Shown: piece by piece, positions 46,140-47,404 of the stretch
Layout of the letters: each line of letters begins with the position of its first letter
How positions within the stretch are numbered: position 1 is the stretch's first letter
NCBI RefSeq assembly: GCF_001194135.2
Contig: NC_068982.1
Span: 186,466,214 to 186,513,617 of the forward strand
Direction: 5' to 3'
Origin: Octopus bimaculoides
Taxonomy: Eukaryota
DNA length: 47,404 bases
Notes under the pieces: generated by a model
The model's input: only the letters and a program-made list of their open reading frames with translations
What the model was told of the DNA's origin: nothing
Database searches by the model: none
Position numbers and translations under genes: made by a program

Positions 46140-46879
46140 ACTCTCACTCCACCCCTGTTTATTGGAAAATGTGCATCTTCTAAATATTTTGCCTAGTTCC
46201 ATCCGCAAAACTCTCCTCTTCGGCTCGAATCACCTTCATTAAGAGTCTGGACTATTCTTGGAATGACAGCACTTGAAAACGCAATGGACGTTTAGACGTT
46301 TGATTCTGAAATTCCTATTTCAAGACTCGTTTGCTACACAGATTCCTTTGGACTCCGGCAATATGTTTCTGGTACCCATTTCTTGGTTTGTGATGTCTGG
46401 TACCCATTTCTCGGTACCCATTCCTTTCTGTGATGTTTGTGATGTCTGGTACCCATTTCTTGGTTTGCGATGTCCGTAGTCTTCCGGAACGGTTCTTGTA
46501 ATCATTCCGAACTGTTCCATCTGCTTCGAACTTATCCCTAATTCGAGTAATGTTAATCTTAGTCTACTTCCTTTCATTATTTCTAATAATTAAAATCTAA
46601 AAGAAAAGAAAATTGTGTACTCTCCGCAGTATGTCCAGTAATGTCTCGACTATCGCAGGTGTTACGTTCCAAAATCCCCCGCGATAGGTGAAAATCCGCG
46701 AAGTAGGAACAGTGCTGTATTGTATATTTTTTATTATTATTTTTATAATTTGTGTATATTTATTTTATTATAAATGCAAAACAACACCACGGAGGAATCG
46801 ACGTCAGCTTAAATAATAAACCGCGATAGATGAACCGCGATACAGCGAAGGATTACTGCACACATTTTTGGACACCCTG
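46140..46879 (-). mobile_element. Decayed Tc1/mariner-superfamily transposon, 5' end and transposase N-terminus
   Basis: TIR CAGGGTGTCCAAAA ends at 46879; minus frames give ITRIRDKFEADGTV…RSGRLRTS, LEIGISES and PRIVQTLNEGDSSRRGEFC, with stops. Confidence 0.65.
46636..46858. mobile_element. Tigger/pogo-type MITE nested in the Tc1-like element
   Basis: Termini CAGTAAT…CG / CG…GATTACTG; interior CCGCGATAGGTGAAAATCCGCGAAGTA; TA flanks mutated. Confidence 0.7.
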
Positions 46880-47404
46880 CATATGTTTTCATGCATATAA
46901 GTATATTGTATACATGCATCTATGCACATTAAATGTTTATGTCTGTATGCATATATGTGTCTATGCATATATATCATGTATGTATGCACACAATGACATA
47001 CATGCATATATACACATGAACACGCATGCAGATGTGCGGCCATGTGTGTTTGTGTATGTTACTGCAACAATGCATGCACCGCTTAAACGTAAACAACCAT
47101 TTAAGGACAGAAGAAAAAAAAACCAAACGGAATGGGGAGATGGGTGGGGTGGGGAACCAACACAAAGAAAGCTTTGTTAATTCTGGTTAACTGGTCACCG
47201 TGACGTAATATTACGCTCCATGAAACTGATACTAACAGGCACACACAGTGTGTACACTATATATACACACACATATAGTGTGTGTCTGTGTATGTATGCA
47301 TATATATATATCGTGAGAGAGAGATGGGGAAGAGAGAGCGGATGTGTGCGTGTGTGTATATATATATATATATATACACACTCTCTCTCTCTCTCTCTCT
47401 CTCT

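Overview
Eukaryotic, AT-rich, repeat-saturated genomic DNA from a fragmented draft assembly (9 N-gaps, about 3.8 kb). The SINE repertoire and an expanded 18S fragment point to an octopod cephalopod (Octopus-like); this is pattern recognition, not a database result. No complete protein-coding gene is visible, and the long ORFs in the track are N-gap or microsatellite artefacts. The window holds: about 25 copies of tRNA-headed SINEs and their tail modules (ad hoc labels A, B, C, D, F); decayed LINE pieces (RTE 3' end, two CR1/jockey-group RT fragments, two R4/Dong-like RLE fragments); a decayed Ty3/Gypsy gag-protease; many MITEs (Tc1/mariner, pogo/Tigger, hAT, piggyBac types); a decayed 18S rDNA orphon; and two candidate minus-strand exons. 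The most interesting signals are (i) a tRNA-promoter-headed element whose body is a tandem ~200-bp unit carrying a minimal type I hammerhead ribozyme, with a second, inverted-dimer copy flanked by an 11-bp TSD, and (ii) a 416-bp foldback element with a head-to-head TTAGGG/CCCTAA core.
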